From positions 12,895-76,894 of the forward strand of contig JAYUGA010000323.1 in the NCBI GenBank assembly GCA_043738565.1: a DNA stretch of 64,000 nt, read 5' to 3'. Source of the DNA: Rhodobacterales bacterium (GTDB taxonomy: Bacteria; Pseudomonadota; Alphaproteobacteria; Rhodobacterales; Rhodobacteraceae). The notes below the pieces were generated by a model that saw only the letters and a program-made list of their open reading frames with translations, was not told the origin of the DNA and made no database searches. Positions 11,415-21,445 of this stretch are shown piece by piece; positions within the stretch are counted from its first letter, which is position 1, and every line of letters begins with the position of its first letter. The position numbers were made by a program, and so were the translations under genes.

Positions 11415-13073
11415 CTAAAGCCAAAGCTGATCGGGGTCAGGCAGCGGGATCGCCTCCGGCAATTCGCGGGTGTATTCCGCCCGAGGCGTGGCAAAAAGCT
11501 GCGCTGTGGCTGCGTTTTCGACGATCCGCCCCTGTTGCAGCACCAGAACGCGGGAGCAAAGGCGGCGGATCACGCTCAGGTCATGGCTGATGAAAGCAAG
11601 GGTGAGGCCTAGGTCTTTGACCAGCCCTTCCAGCAGGTTCAGCACCTGCGCCTGCGAAGATACGTCCAGCCCCGACACAATCTCATCGGCCAGAATGAAT
11701 TCCGGTTTGAGTGCGATGGCCCGCGCAATCCCGATGCGCTGCCGCTGACCGCCGGACAGTTCGTGCGGATAGCGTTGGGCGAAACTGCGTGACAGGCCAA
11801 CGTGATCCAGCGCCTCGGCTGCCCGTGCGGGAGAATGGTCAAGGCCCAGCACCTGGAGCGGTCCGGCGATGATCCGGGCAACCCGGTGGCGCGGGTTCAG
11901 CGACGACATCGGGTCTTGAAAGATCATCTGAAACCGCCGCCGCAGCGGGCGCAACTGATCCTCTGGCAGATGGGTGATGTCCCGTCCGTCAAAAGTGATA
12001 CGGCCGCCGGTCGGCTCCAACAGCCGCAGCAAGGCCCGCCCGAGCGTCGATTTGCCGGAGCCAGAGCCGCCGACGATGCCCAGAACGTCACCTTTGGCGA
12101 TGGTGAAACTGAGTCCCTTTGGAATTTCAATGCGCGGGGCGGCACCCAGCACCGGCTTGCGCGTCATGTCGGGCAGGGACAGGTGGAGGTCCTTGACCAC
12201 GTAGAGATCGGCCATGCCAGGCCGCGTCCGCCGCCGCGACCTGCATCTGCACCGCCTGCACCACGGCCTCGGGCACCGGCAGCAGACTGGCGTCCGGATC
12301 GGTGAATTTCGGTGTCGCAGTCAGCAGTGCGCGGGAATAGGGGTTTCAGGGACGCGGAAGAAGGCGCGAACCGGGGCGTCTTCGACCACAAGCCCGCCAT
12401 ACAGCACGGTCAGGTTCTGGCAGACCTTGGACACCACACCAAGGTCGTGGGTTACAAACAGCTGTGCCGTATTGCGCCGCGCCTGCATCCCGGTGATCAG
12501 CCTAAAAATCTGCTTCTGCACCGTCACATTCAGCGCGGTCGCCGGTTCGCCCGCGATGATCAGCTTCGGTTCCGCCGCAAAGGCCGAGGCGATCAGAATG
12601 CGCTGCCGCATCCGACCCGACAGTTCGTGCGGATAGCACCGCAGCACCCGCTCCGCCCCCTCGATCTGCACCGCCGCCAGCAGTTCCCGCGCCCGCTCCT
12701 CGGCCCTTGCGCGGGTCCAGCCCAGAATATCCACCAAGCGGTCGGTGATCTGCGGGCCTATCCGACGCGAGGGCTTCAACGCAGTCAGCGGGTCTTGCGG
12801 GATCAGCGCCGCCAAGGCCTCGATCTTTTGGCGGCGCTGACCCGGCGGCTTGGTCATCAGATCCACCCCGTCCAGCAGGATTTCGCCCGACATCACCTCC
12901 ACCGTATGGGGCAACGTTCCCAGAACAGCCTTGCCGATCATCGACTTGCCGGCACCGCTTTCGCCGGCCAGACTGCGGACCTCGCCCGGCTCCACCTCCA
13001 GCGAAACTGCGCGCGGCAGGCGCTCGCCGCCCTTCAGCCGCACTGACAGGTTGCGGACGCTCAGTAAGCTCAT
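11415..13073 (-). pseudogene. Duplicated-domain peptide ABC ATPase (GsiA/YejF-like architecture), disrupted
   Basis: The N-domain is ORF 12321..13175 from MSLLSVRNL. The C-domain is ORF 11415..12215 in the same frame. The conserved HPYSRALL...linker is readable only in a shifted frame between about 12345 and about 12220, and TGA lies at 12321-12323. The N-domain signature reads LSGRMRQR and its Walker B reads LIIAGEPATALN, so the usual Gly and Asp are lost. Confidence 0.65.
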
Positions 13074-13921
13074 CGCAGCACCGGGTCGTCGCGGTCCTTC
13101 AACCCCTCGCCCAACTGGCCAAAGGCCAGCACTGTCAGGAACAGGGTGGCCAGCGGGAAAATCAGCACCCACCACGCCTGAAGCACGCTGATCCGTCCTT
13201 CCGCAATCATGCCGCCCCAGGTCGGGTCGTCAGTGGCAATCGACAGGTTCACGAAGGACAATATCGCCTCGACAATCAACGCGATACCCATTTCCAGCGG
13301 CAGCAACACCACGATGGTCGGCAGGACATCGGGCAGGATTTCAACCAGCATCGTGCCGATCCGCGACCGCCCCGCGACCTGCGCCGAGGCTACATAATCC
13401 ATCACGCCCTGCCCCATCGCCTCTGCCCGGATCACCCTGGCAAACCGGGTCCAGTCGATGATGACGATGGCGGAGACGATCGAAAACAACCCCGGCCCCA
13501 GCACCGCGATCAGCAAGATCGAGAACAGCACCGGCGGAAACGTCATCCAGATGTCGATCAGCCGCGAGATCAGCACATCGACCCAGCCGCGCAGGAACCC
13601 CGCCAGCAGGCCCAAGGTCGCGCCGACAAGGCAGGTCAGCGTTCCGGCGATCAAAGCCGCCTCCAGCGCGATCCTTGCGCCAAAAATGATCCGGCTCAGC
13701 ACATCGCGGCCCGGACTGTCGGTGCCCAGCAGAAACGACGGGTCCGCGCCACGCACCCAGAACGGCGGCAAGCGGCCCGAGAGCAGGTCTAGCGCCAAGG
13801 GGTCTTTCGGCGCGACCCAAGGCACCGCCACAGCGACCAAGGCGACGAACGCCAGCCACAACACCGACAACCACAACCGTGACCCCGCGCCCCGCCTGAC
13901 CTGCGTGCGCCCAGCAGCCAT
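13070..13921 (-). CDS. Peptide ABC transporter permease (DppC-like), apparently intact
   Basis: 283-aa ORF with typical binding-protein-dependent transport features (SRIIFGARIAL, EAA-like loop region). The stop overlaps the downstream start (ATGA at 13070-13073). Confidence 0.85.
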   Translation of the reverse strand: MAAGRTQVRRGAGSRLWLSVLWLAFVALVAVAVPWVAPKDPLALDLLSGRLPPFWVRGADPSFLLGTDSPGRDVLSRIIFGARIALEAALIAGTLTCLVGATLGLLAGFLRGWVDVLISRLIDIWMTFPPVLFSILLIAVLGPGLFSIVSAIVIIDWTRFARVIRAEAMGQGVMDYVASAQVAGRSRIGTMLVEILPDVLPTIVVLLPLEMGIALIVEAILSFVNLSIATDDPTWGGMIAEGRISVLQAWWVLIFPLATLFLTVLAFGQLGEGLKDRDDPVLR

Positions 13922-14909
13922 GCCGCAACCTCGGGTTCAGCGCGGCATAGCACAGGTCCACCGCCAAATTGACCCCGGTGAAGATCACCGCGAACAGGAT
14001 CACGATACCCTGGATCAGTGGCAGATCGCGGTTGACCGCCGCATCAATCGCCATGTTCCCCAGCCCTTCATAGGAAAACAGCCGCTCGATGATCACCGTG
14101 CCACCGATCAGAAAGGTGAACTGCACCCCGACCAGGGTAAGCGTCGGCAGCACGGCATTCGGCAATGCCTCGCGCAGGATCACATGGGTTTCGCCGTAAC
14201 CCTTGGTGCTCGCCAGGGTGACATAATCCAGATGCATCACCTCATTCAAACTTTGCTTCAAAAAGCTGGCTGATGATCGCGGCAAAAGGGATCGCGAGTG
14301 CCAAAGCCGACGTGAACATGTGGCTCAGAAGGTCGCGCGTCAGGTCGAACCGGAGCCGCAGGACACTTGCCACCAGATAGAAATTGGTGGTGAATGGCAG
14401 GGTCAGCAAGGGCGTCACCCGCCCGGAAATCTGAAACACCGGCACCAGCACGCCAAACCGCAGGATCAGCGCGGCCCCCACAGGAAATCGGGCACCGACA
14501 GCGCCATGCCGTTGCCCACGTCAATCGCCGCCTCGACCCGCGTGCCGCGCAGCCGGGTTCCGGTCAGCGGCGCCGCACCGCCCAGAGCCACGGCCATCCC
14601 CAACGCCATGACCGACAACTCCAGAGTCGCAGACAAATGGTCCAGCACCAGCGCCAGCACCGGCTGACGGTTGGTGATCGACACCCCGCAATCGCCGCGC
14701 AACACCCCCGCTCCCCAGATCAGGAACTGCGAGGGATCGGCTTGTCCAACCCGTACAGCGCCGTCAGCCGCGCCACATCGGCCTCCGTCGCCTGCGGCGG
14801 CAGCATCATCGCAATCGGATTGCCCGGCACCACCCGGATCACGAAAAACACGATCACCTCCACACCGAACAGCGTGACCGCTGTTGTGGCCAGACGCAAC
14901 AGGAGGCAT
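13922..14909 (-). pseudogene. Peptide ABC transporter permease (DppB-like), heavily disrupted
   Basis: The family-typical sequence can be followed only by switching frames at four points: about 14905, G-run 14733-14735, C-run 14475-14479 and A-run 14260-14264. After ...AALNPRLRHG no stop codon is present, and the frame runs on through the next gene. Confidence 0.7.
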
Positions 14910-14933
14910 GCACCAGCCTAATCTCTTCCCCCG

Positions 14934-14987
14934 TTCATTTCGGCAAAAATACTCCACAGTGGGTCCGGGGGGTGTGAAACCCCCCGG
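14934..14987 (+). repeat. Intergenic repeat family, diverged copy (box plus 9-bp G/C hairpin)
   Basis: Box TTCATTTCGGCAAAAATACTCC, then CCGGGGGGT-GTGAA-ACCCCCCGG (14965-14987). Confidence 0.6.
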
Positions 14988-14995
14988 CCTTTCCA

Positions 14996-16009
14996 TCAAG
15001 CCCGCTTCACCAGATGCGGCAACGGCGCCCCCGAGGCATGCGGCGTCACCACCACGCCCGTCGCCGACAGGATCGGCTGCACATATTGCAACAGCGGGAT
15101 CACATTGGCGTTTTCGGCGATGTAGCGGTCCACATCCTTCCGGCCCTGAATCCGCTTGGCCTCATCCGCCTCACCCCACAGGGGGCCGATCTTGTCGATC
15201 AGATCCTGGCTGTCCCATACCGAATGGGGGCTGGGGCCGAACATCGCAAACCCGGTGGAAGTCGTTGGATCGCGCACCGAATTGCCCCAGTTGTAGAACG
15301 CCGTCGGGGCCAGTCTGTTTGCCGCGCGCAGTTCATAATGTTTGGCGATTTCATAGGTTTCGATCCTCGCCTCGATGCCGACCTTGCGCCACAGGCCGAC
15401 GATGGCCTGGATCATCTCGTAATCCTTCGGCTTGAAACCCTTGGTGGTCTGGATGGTGAACTTGACAGGTTTATCAAACGAGTAGCCCGAAGCGGCCAGC
15501 AGTTTCACCGCCGCATCCGGGTCATAGGGCGTCTTGATCGTCGGATCATAGGCGTCATAATCCGGGGTCTCCAGCGTATCAATCGGCACGCCATAGCCGG
15601 ACAGCAGACGGGTGATAATGGTCTGCTTGTCGATGGCGGCGACAGCGGCATGGCGGACGTTGGGGTCAAGCATGACTTCGATATCATTGAGGAAAATCAT
15701 GCCGATGTCAGAAATCGGATGGGCGATGCCGTTGAACGTGCCCTTCAGGCGGTCGTCTTCCTCATAGGGCATTTCCAGCGTGACATGGCTGTTGCCGGAT
15801 TCCACTTCGGCGACCCACGCCGCAGGATCGGTGACGAATTTTATCGTCACCGTGCCTAACTCCGGCTTGCCGCCCCAGTACTTCGCATTTGCTTGCAAAC
15901 GCACGTATGCGCCGCGTTCGAACTTCTCGACTTTGTAGGGGCCGGTGCCGATGGGGGCTGCCTCGGAGCCCTCTGCCCCGACCTTTTCGCAATAGGCTTT
16001 CGGATGAAT
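14996..16009 (-). pseudogene. Family-5 substrate-binding protein, 5'-truncated remnant
   Basis: The frame of ORF 14996..15904 extends upstream to TGA at 16010-16012. It starts mid-protein (IHPKAYCEKVGAEGSEAAPIGTGPYKVEKFERG...), so it has no signal peptide or N-terminal lobe. Confidence 0.75.
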
Positions 16010-16260
16010 TCAAGGCCATGCCTGATCAGCTCCGCTGAATATGCCTTGAAAAACGCCGATCCGGCAAACAGCGACAGGTTCATCGCGGCCCAGTCACGGC
16101 GGAAGCCGGGCAAAGTGTATTCGCCGGTCTTGACCGCGCCGCCCGCCACTGGCGCCTGTTCGAACACCCCGACGCGCCAGCCCCTCGCGGCCAGATGCGG
16201 GGCTGCGACCAGCGTGTTGTGGTCGGCTCCGATGAAAACCGCGTCAAAGCTGGTTGGCAT
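16010..16260 (-). pseudogene. FAD/NAD(P)-dependent oxidoreductase (CrtI/phytoene-desaturase-like), N-terminal remnant only
   Basis: About the first 85 aa of ORF 15856..16260 look like a Rossmann N-terminus (DAVFIGADHNTLVAAPHLAARGWRVGVFEQAPVAGG). The dinucleotide motif is degraded to GADHNT. The reading then runs into out-of-frame binding-protein sequence. Confidence 0.55.
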
Positions 16261-16280
16261 TTATCGCTCCGGTTGACGTT

Positions 16281-16296
16281 GGGATATTTGCAAATG
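16281..16296 (-). repeat. Partial core of the intergenic repeat box
   Basis: GGGATATTTGCAAATG shares GGGATATTTGC with the reverse complement of the box. It overlaps the palindrome AAATGCATTT (16292-16301). Confidence 0.35.
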
Positions 16297-16407
16297 CATT
16301 TAATTCTGTCTAGTCTGATTCAGGCGGGTGAGGCCAAAGTGGCTGTCTTCTTTGCGTCTTGCCCACGTCTTGCTTGCGTGAAGACAAATGGCGACAGGGA
16401 AAATGAC

Positions 16408-17199
16408 ATGACGTCTGCAACGATGCTGGCCGATCTGGCCGGAATGCTGGCCTCGGGTGGGGTCGAGGTGGTGGACCTTACCGGGGTTCTGGGGCCGGAC
16501 ACGCCGCTGCTGAAACTGCCGCCCGACTTTGCCCGCGACACCCCGGCGATCGAAATTCATCGCATCAGCGAATATGACAAGGACGGCCCGTTCTGGGCGT
16601 GGAACTGGCTGAAGGTCGGTGAACATTCGGGGACGCATTTCGACGCGCCGCACCACTGGATCACCGGCCGCGACTACGCCGACGGCTATACCGACACTTT
16701 GCCGGTGCAGCGGCTGATCGCCCCGGTCAACGTGCTGGATTTCTCCAAGGAATGTGCGGCCAACGCGGATTTCCTGCTGACCATCGCGCATGTGAAGGCG
16801 TGGGAGGCCGGGCATGGTGCGATCAGGGCTGGCGAATGGGTTGTTTTGCGCTCGGACTGGGATGCGCGTTCGCACGACGCGGCACTGTTCCTGAACGCCA
16901 ACGACACCGGGCCGCATACGCCGGGGCCGACCGCCGAGGTGGTGGAATATCTGATCGGGCAGGGAATTGTCGGCTGGGGCAGCCAGTGCATCGGCACCGA
17001 TGCGGGGCAAGCCGGTGGCATGAACCCGCCGTTCCCGGCGCACAACCTTTTGCACAAGAACAACCGTTACGGGCTGGCGTCTCTGGCCAACCTCGACAAA
17101 CTGCCGCCCAGGGGCGCGATCCTGATTGCGGCACCGCTCAAGATCAAAAACGGCACCGGGTCGCCGATCCGGGCGCTGGCTTTGGTGCCGAGGGGCTAG
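16408..17199 (+). CDS. Cyclase-family protein (kynurenine formamidase-like fold)
   Basis: Motif HSGTHFDAPHH. Start taken at internal ATG 16408 (MTSATMLADL). Confidence 0.85.
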   Translation: MTSATMLADLAGMLASGGVEVVDLTGVLGPDTPLLKLPPDFARDTPAIEIHRISEYDKDGPFWAWNWLKVGEHSGTHFDAPHHWITGRDYADGYTDTLPVQRLIAPVNVLDFSKECAANADFLLTIAHVKAWEAGHGAIRAGEWVVLRSDWDARSHDAALFLNANDTGPHTPGPTAEVVEYLIGQGIVGWGSQCIGTDAGQAGGMNPPFPAHNLLHKNNRYGLASLANLDKLPPRGAILIAAPLKIKNGTGSPIRALALVPRG

Positions 17200-17202
17200 G
17201 AT

Positions 17203-17673
17203 ATGCCTGACGGCGCCACCAATTATCCACGCCTGGGCGAGATCGGCTTGGGCAATTACGCGCCCTATCTGATGAACCGGATCATGGGGCGCTATAATGC
17301 CAGCTTGCGGGCCGAAATGGCCGAACTGGGGTTGAGCACGCCGAAGATGCGGGCATTGGCGCTGCTGTCGGTGGTGGAAGGCCCGCTGATCGGGGAATTG
17401 TCGGTCTATACGGTAGTGGAGGCTTCGACGTTGAGCCGCGCCTTGGACCAGTTGCAGGCCGATGGGCTGGTGCGGCGCGAGGTGGATGCGGCCGACAGCC
17501 GGGCGGTGCGGGTCTTTGCCACCGATGCGGGGCGGGCGACGTTCGAGACCCTGTGGCCGCATATGGCCGCCGGGCAGGCGCGGATGTTTCGCGGGATCCC
17601 GGCGGAGGAACGCAGCGCCTTTGTCGGCACCTTGCAGAAGATGCTGGCGAATATCCGGAGGCATGACATCTGA
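17203..17673 (+). CDS. MarR-family transcriptional regulator
   Basis: 156 aa with a winged-helix region (LSTPKMRALALL...EASTLSRALDQLQADGLVRR). The stop overlaps the iorA start (TGATG). Confidence 0.85.
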   Translation: MPDGATNYPRLGEIGLGNYAPYLMNRIMGRYNASLRAEMAELGLSTPKMRALALLSVVEGPLIGELSVYTVVEASTLSRALDQLQADGLVRREVDAADSRAVRVFATDAGRATFETLWPHMAAGQARMFRGIPAEERSAFVGTLQKMLANIRRHDI

Positions 17674-19817
17674 TGGCAGAACGTTCATTCAAGGCGGAGG
17701 TCGAACATCTGCGGCTGGGGGAGGGCGGCACCTTCACCGGCGAGGGGATTCTGGCGCTGACCAAGGCTTTGCTGGAAAATTGCGTCGGCTATGTCGGCGG
17801 CTATCAGGGCGCGCCGATCAGCCATCTGATGGATGTGCTGGCAGATGCGCAGGAACTTTTGGCGGAACTCGGGGTGCGGTTCGAGGCCAATGCCAATGAG
17901 GCGGCGGCGGCGGCGATGCTGGCCGCTTCGGTGCATTATCCGATCCGGGGTGCGGTGACGTTCAAAGGGCCGGTCGGGGTCAATGTCGCCTCGGACGCTT
18001 TGGCGAACCTCGCGTCGTCGGGTGTCACCGGCGGCGCTTTGGTGATTGTCGGCGAGGATTACGGCGAAGGCTCGTCGATCATGCAGGAGCGCAGCCATGC
18101 CTTTGCGATGAAGTCGCAGTTCTGGCTGTTGGATCCACGGCCGAATTTGCCCAGTATTGTGAAGGCGGTCGGCGACAGTTTTGCGCTGTCAGAGGCGACG
18201 AATACCCCGGTCATGCTGATGGTCCGCATCCGGTCGTGCCATGTCACCGGGCAGTTCGCCACCCGTGACAACCAGCGGCCCAAGCTGTCGGTCAAGGATG
18301 CGCTGAAGGCGCCGCGCTCGGATTTCAACCGGGTTGTCTTGCCGCCGATGTCCTATGTCCACGAACAGGACAAGGTGAAAAACCGCTGGCCGGCGGCGCA
18401 GGCCTTCATCAGGGACCACCGGCTGAATGAGGTGTTCGGGCCGGACGCCCGCGTCGGCATCGTCGTGCAGGGCGGCATGTACAACGGCACCATCCGCGCC
18501 CTGCAACGGCTGGGTCTGGCGGATATCTACGGCGAGACGCTGGTGCCGCTCTATGTGCTGAACGTCACCTATCCGCTGGTGCCGGACGAGTTTCTGGCCT
18601 TTGCGGCGGGCAAGGACCATGTTCTGGTGATCGAGGAAGGCCAGCCGGAGTTCATCGAACAGGCGCTGGGGTCCATGCTGTACCGGGCCGAGGGCAGCAC
18701 CAGACTGCACGGCAAGGGCGCGTTGCCGATGGCGGGAGAATATACCGGAACGGTGATGTTCCAGGGCATCGAGGCTTTCCTGAAAGCCGCCGCACCGGGG
18801 ATGCTGGCCGCGACCGTCCGAGCGCCGAATGAAGACAAGCCGCAAATCCCCGACCTGAGCAAAACCGTACCGATCCGCCCGCCGGGGTTCTGCACCGGCT
18901 GCCCGGAGCGGCCGATCTTTGCCGCGATGAAGCTGGTGGAACAGGAACTGGGCAAGCACCAGATCGCCGCTGACATCGGCTGTCACCTGTTCGCGGCACT
19001 GCCGCCGTTTGAAATCGGTGGGGCGACGATGGGCTATGGCCTTGGGCCCGCCGCCAATGGGGCGTTTGATGGCGGCGGCGAACGCAGGCCGATTGCGATC
19101 ATCGGCGATGGCGGGTTCTGGCATAACGGGCTGTCGTCCAGTTTCACCAACATGGCGTTCAACAAATCCGACGGTGTCGCCATCGTGGTCGACAACTACT
19201 ATTCCGCCGCGACCGGTGGCCAGGACAACATGTCGTCCCGCGCCAACAATGCCACCAAATCGACGAAAAACCCGATCTCCAAGGCGCTGAAAGGCGTGGG
19301 GATCGACTGGGTCCGGCAGATTGACCACACTTATGACGTGGGCAAGATGCGCGACACGCTGCGTGAGGCTTTGACGACAAAGACGCCGGGGCCGAAGGTG
19401 ATTGTGGCGTCATCGGAATGCATGCTGAACAAGCAGCGCCGGGAAAAGCCGTTGCGCGCCCGCGCGATCAAGGAAGGTCGTCGGGTCGAGGTGCCGCGCT
19501 TTGGTGTCGATGAAGACATCTGCACCGGCGATCACGCCTGCATCCGGCTGTCGGGTTGCCCCTCGCTCAGTTTGAAAAAGCTGGAGGATCCGTTGCGCGA
19601 TGACCCGGTGGCCTCGATCGACCAAAGTTGCGTCGGCTGCGGCAATTGTGGCGAGGTTGCCGATGCCGCAATCCTGTGCCCCAGCTTTTACCGCGCCGAT
19701 GTGGTCCACAACCCCTCGGCTTGGGAACAGCGATTGGCGGCATTCCGCGCCCGCATCTTCCGCTGGCTGCAAACCCGCCGCGCGGCGAAACGCCTGTCGT
19801 TCGAGGGGGCACCATGA
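17673..19817 (+). CDS. iorA: Indolepyruvate/2-oxoacid:ferredoxin oxidoreductase, alpha subunit
   Basis: 714 aa. It has a TPP-binding GDGGFWHNG region and two Cys clusters (CTGDHACIRLSGCP, CVGCGNCGEV). Confidence 0.8.
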   Translation: MAERSFKAEVEHLRLGEGGTFTGEGILALTKALLENCVGYVGGYQGAPISHLMDVLADAQELLAELGVRFEANANEAAAAAMLAASVHYPIRGAVTFKGPVGVNVASDALANLASSGVTGGALVIVGEDYGEGSSIMQERSHAFAMKSQFWLLDPRPNLPSIVKAVGDSFALSEATNTPVMLMVRIRSCHVTGQFATRDNQRPKLSVKDALKAPRSDFNRVVLPPMSYVHEQDKVKNRWPAAQAFIRDHRLNEVFGPDARVGIVVQGGMYNGTIRALQRLGLADIYGETLVPLYVLNVTYPLVPDEFLAFAAGKDHVLVIEEGQPEFIEQALGSMLYRAEGSTRLHGKGALPMAGEYTGTVMFQGIEAFLKAAAPGMLAATVRAPNEDKPQIPDLSKTVPIRPPGFCTGCPERPIFAAMKLVEQELGKHQIAADIGCHLFAALPPFEIGGATMGYGLGPAANGAFDGGGERRPIAIIGDGGFWHNGLSSSFTNMAFNKSDGVAIVVDNYYSAATGGQDNMSSRANNATKSTKNPISKALKGVGIDWVRQIDHTYDVGKMRDTLREALTTKTPGPKVIVASSECMLNKQRREKPLRARAIKEGRRVEVPRFGVDEDICTGDHACIRLSGCPSLSLKKLEDPLRDDPVASIDQSCVGCGNCGEVADAAILCPSFYRADVVHNPSAWEQRLAAFRARIFRWLQTRRAAKRLSFEGAP

Positions 19818-21397
19818 CGGTCCACGAGGCATTGTCCCCGATCCCGCAAGACCCGCGTCTGGGTGGGATCATCAAGCTGGCGGTGCTGGCGGTCGGCGGC
19901 CAGGGCGGTGGCGTGCTGACCTCGTGGATCGAAGACCTCGCCCGCGCGAATGGCTATGCGGCACAGGCCACTTCGGTTGCCGGGGTGGCGCAGCGCACGG
20001 GGGCTACGATCTACTATGTCGAGATGTGCCCGATCTCGCCGCGCCAGCCGGTCTTTGCCCTGATGCCGGCGGCGGGCGATGTCGACATCATGATCGGCTC
20101 CGAGATGATGGAGGCCGGGCGGGCGATCCTTCGCGGCTTTGTGACGCCCGACCGCACCACCCTGATCACCTCGACCCACCGGGCGCTGGCGGTCAGCGAA
20201 AAGATGACGCCCGGCGATGGGATTGCGTCCAGCGCCGAGGTGATGGCGGCGGCGGAAATCGCCGCCCGCCGCCTGATCAGCGCCGATTTCGACGCTTTGG
20301 CGATCGCACAGGGTTCGGTGATTTCCGCGTCATTGTTCGGCGCTTTGGCGGCGTCCAGAGCGCTGCCTTTCCCGGCTGCGGCATTCGAGGCGGCGATCAA
20401 GGCGGGCGGCAAAGGGGCGGAAGCCTCGCTGCGCGCCTTCCATGCCGGGTTCGACGCCGTGCGGTCACCTGCGGTGGAAACCGCCCCGGCCAAGCCCGCC
20501 GCCATCACCCCGAGCGGCCCGGCCAGTCTGCTGGCCGAATGGCAGGCTCTGACCGCCCGCGTGCAATGCCTGCCTGCGAACGTGGCCGAACTCGCCGGCC
20601 CAGGATTGCAAAAGGTGGTGGATTTTCAGGATGTCGCCTATGGCGCGGAATACGTGGCCCATGTGGAGGCCGTGCTGGCCCGTGACCCCGGCCCGGACCA
20701 GAGCCTGACGGTGCAGGCCGCGAAATACATTGCCAATGCAATGGCTTATGACGACGTGATCCGCGTCGCCGACCTGAAGACAAGGGCCAGCCGCCAAAGC
20801 CGTATCGCTGCCGAGATGGGAATGGACGCCGCCAAGGTCATGCATGTCACCGAGTTTTTTCACCCGAGGGCGGAAGAAATCATCGGCATGCTGCCCGCCA
20901 AACTGGGCGCAAAACTCGACGCCAGCCCGACATGGACCGCGCGGATCGACCGCCTGTTCAACAGGGGCCGCAGGCTGCGGTCGGATGGGCTGGCGGCCTA
21001 TGGGCTGCTTTATGCCCTCAGCGGGTTGAAATCCCGTCGCCGTCGCAGCTATCGCCATGCGCAGGAACAGGCGCATCTGGCCCGCTGGCTGGATACCGCC
21101 CTTGGCTACCTGCCCAACCACGCGCTGGCCAGCGAAGTCGTCAGATGCCGCCGCCTGATCAAGGGCTATTCCGACACCCATGCCCGTGGTCTGTCCAAGT
21201 TCGACCGCGTGCTGGCAGGGATCACCCTTGTCGCCCACCGCGACGACGCCGCCCTTTGGGCCCGCCGCCTGTGCTCCGCCGCGTTGCAGGATGAGGAGGG
21301 CCGCGCCCTGGACGGTGCATTGCAAACCATCGCAAGTTTCAGCTCACTGCCGCGCGATCATGGTAAACGAACCGTCACCAAAAATCACGATGTCTAG
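19814..21397 (+). CDS. iorB: Indolepyruvate:ferredoxin oxidoreductase, beta subunit
   Basis: Start at ATG 19814 (MTVHEALSP...), overlapping the iorA stop (ATGA). It has the motif GVGGQGGGVL-type (LAVLAVGGQGGGVLTSW). Confidence 0.8.
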   Translation: MTVHEALSPIPQDPRLGGIIKLAVLAVGGQGGGVLTSWIEDLARANGYAAQATSVAGVAQRTGATIYYVEMCPISPRQPVFALMPAAGDVDIMIGSEMMEAGRAILRGFVTPDRTTLITSTHRALAVSEKMTPGDGIASSAEVMAAAEIAARRLISADFDALAIAQGSVISASLFGALAASRALPFPAAAFEAAIKAGGKGAEASLRAFHAGFDAVRSPAVETAPAKPAAITPSGPASLLAEWQALTARVQCLPANVAELAGPGLQKVVDFQDVAYGAEYVAHVEAVLARDPGPDQSLTVQAAKYIANAMAYDDVIRVADLKTRASRQSRIAAEMGMDAAKVMHVTEFFHPRAEEIIGMLPAKLGAKLDASPTWTARIDRLFNRGRRLRSDGLAAYGLLYALSGLKSRRRRSYRHAQEQAHLARWLDTALGYLPNHALASEVVRCRRLIKGYSDTHARGLSKFDRVLAGITLVAHRDDAALWARRLCSAALQDEEGRALDGALQTIASFSSLPRDHGKRTVTKNHDV

Positions 21398-21445
21398 CGT
21401 TTTCAATGCATTAGAACAGTGTCCAGATCTGGACGCTGGCAAAAC

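Noticed and set aside
12164-12400. A separate small ORF (78 aa) between the two ATPase domains.
   Set aside because: It is just one of the shifted frames across the linker. The biologically meaningful reading there is the HPYSRALL...PVPEAVVQAV linker of a duplicated ATPase.
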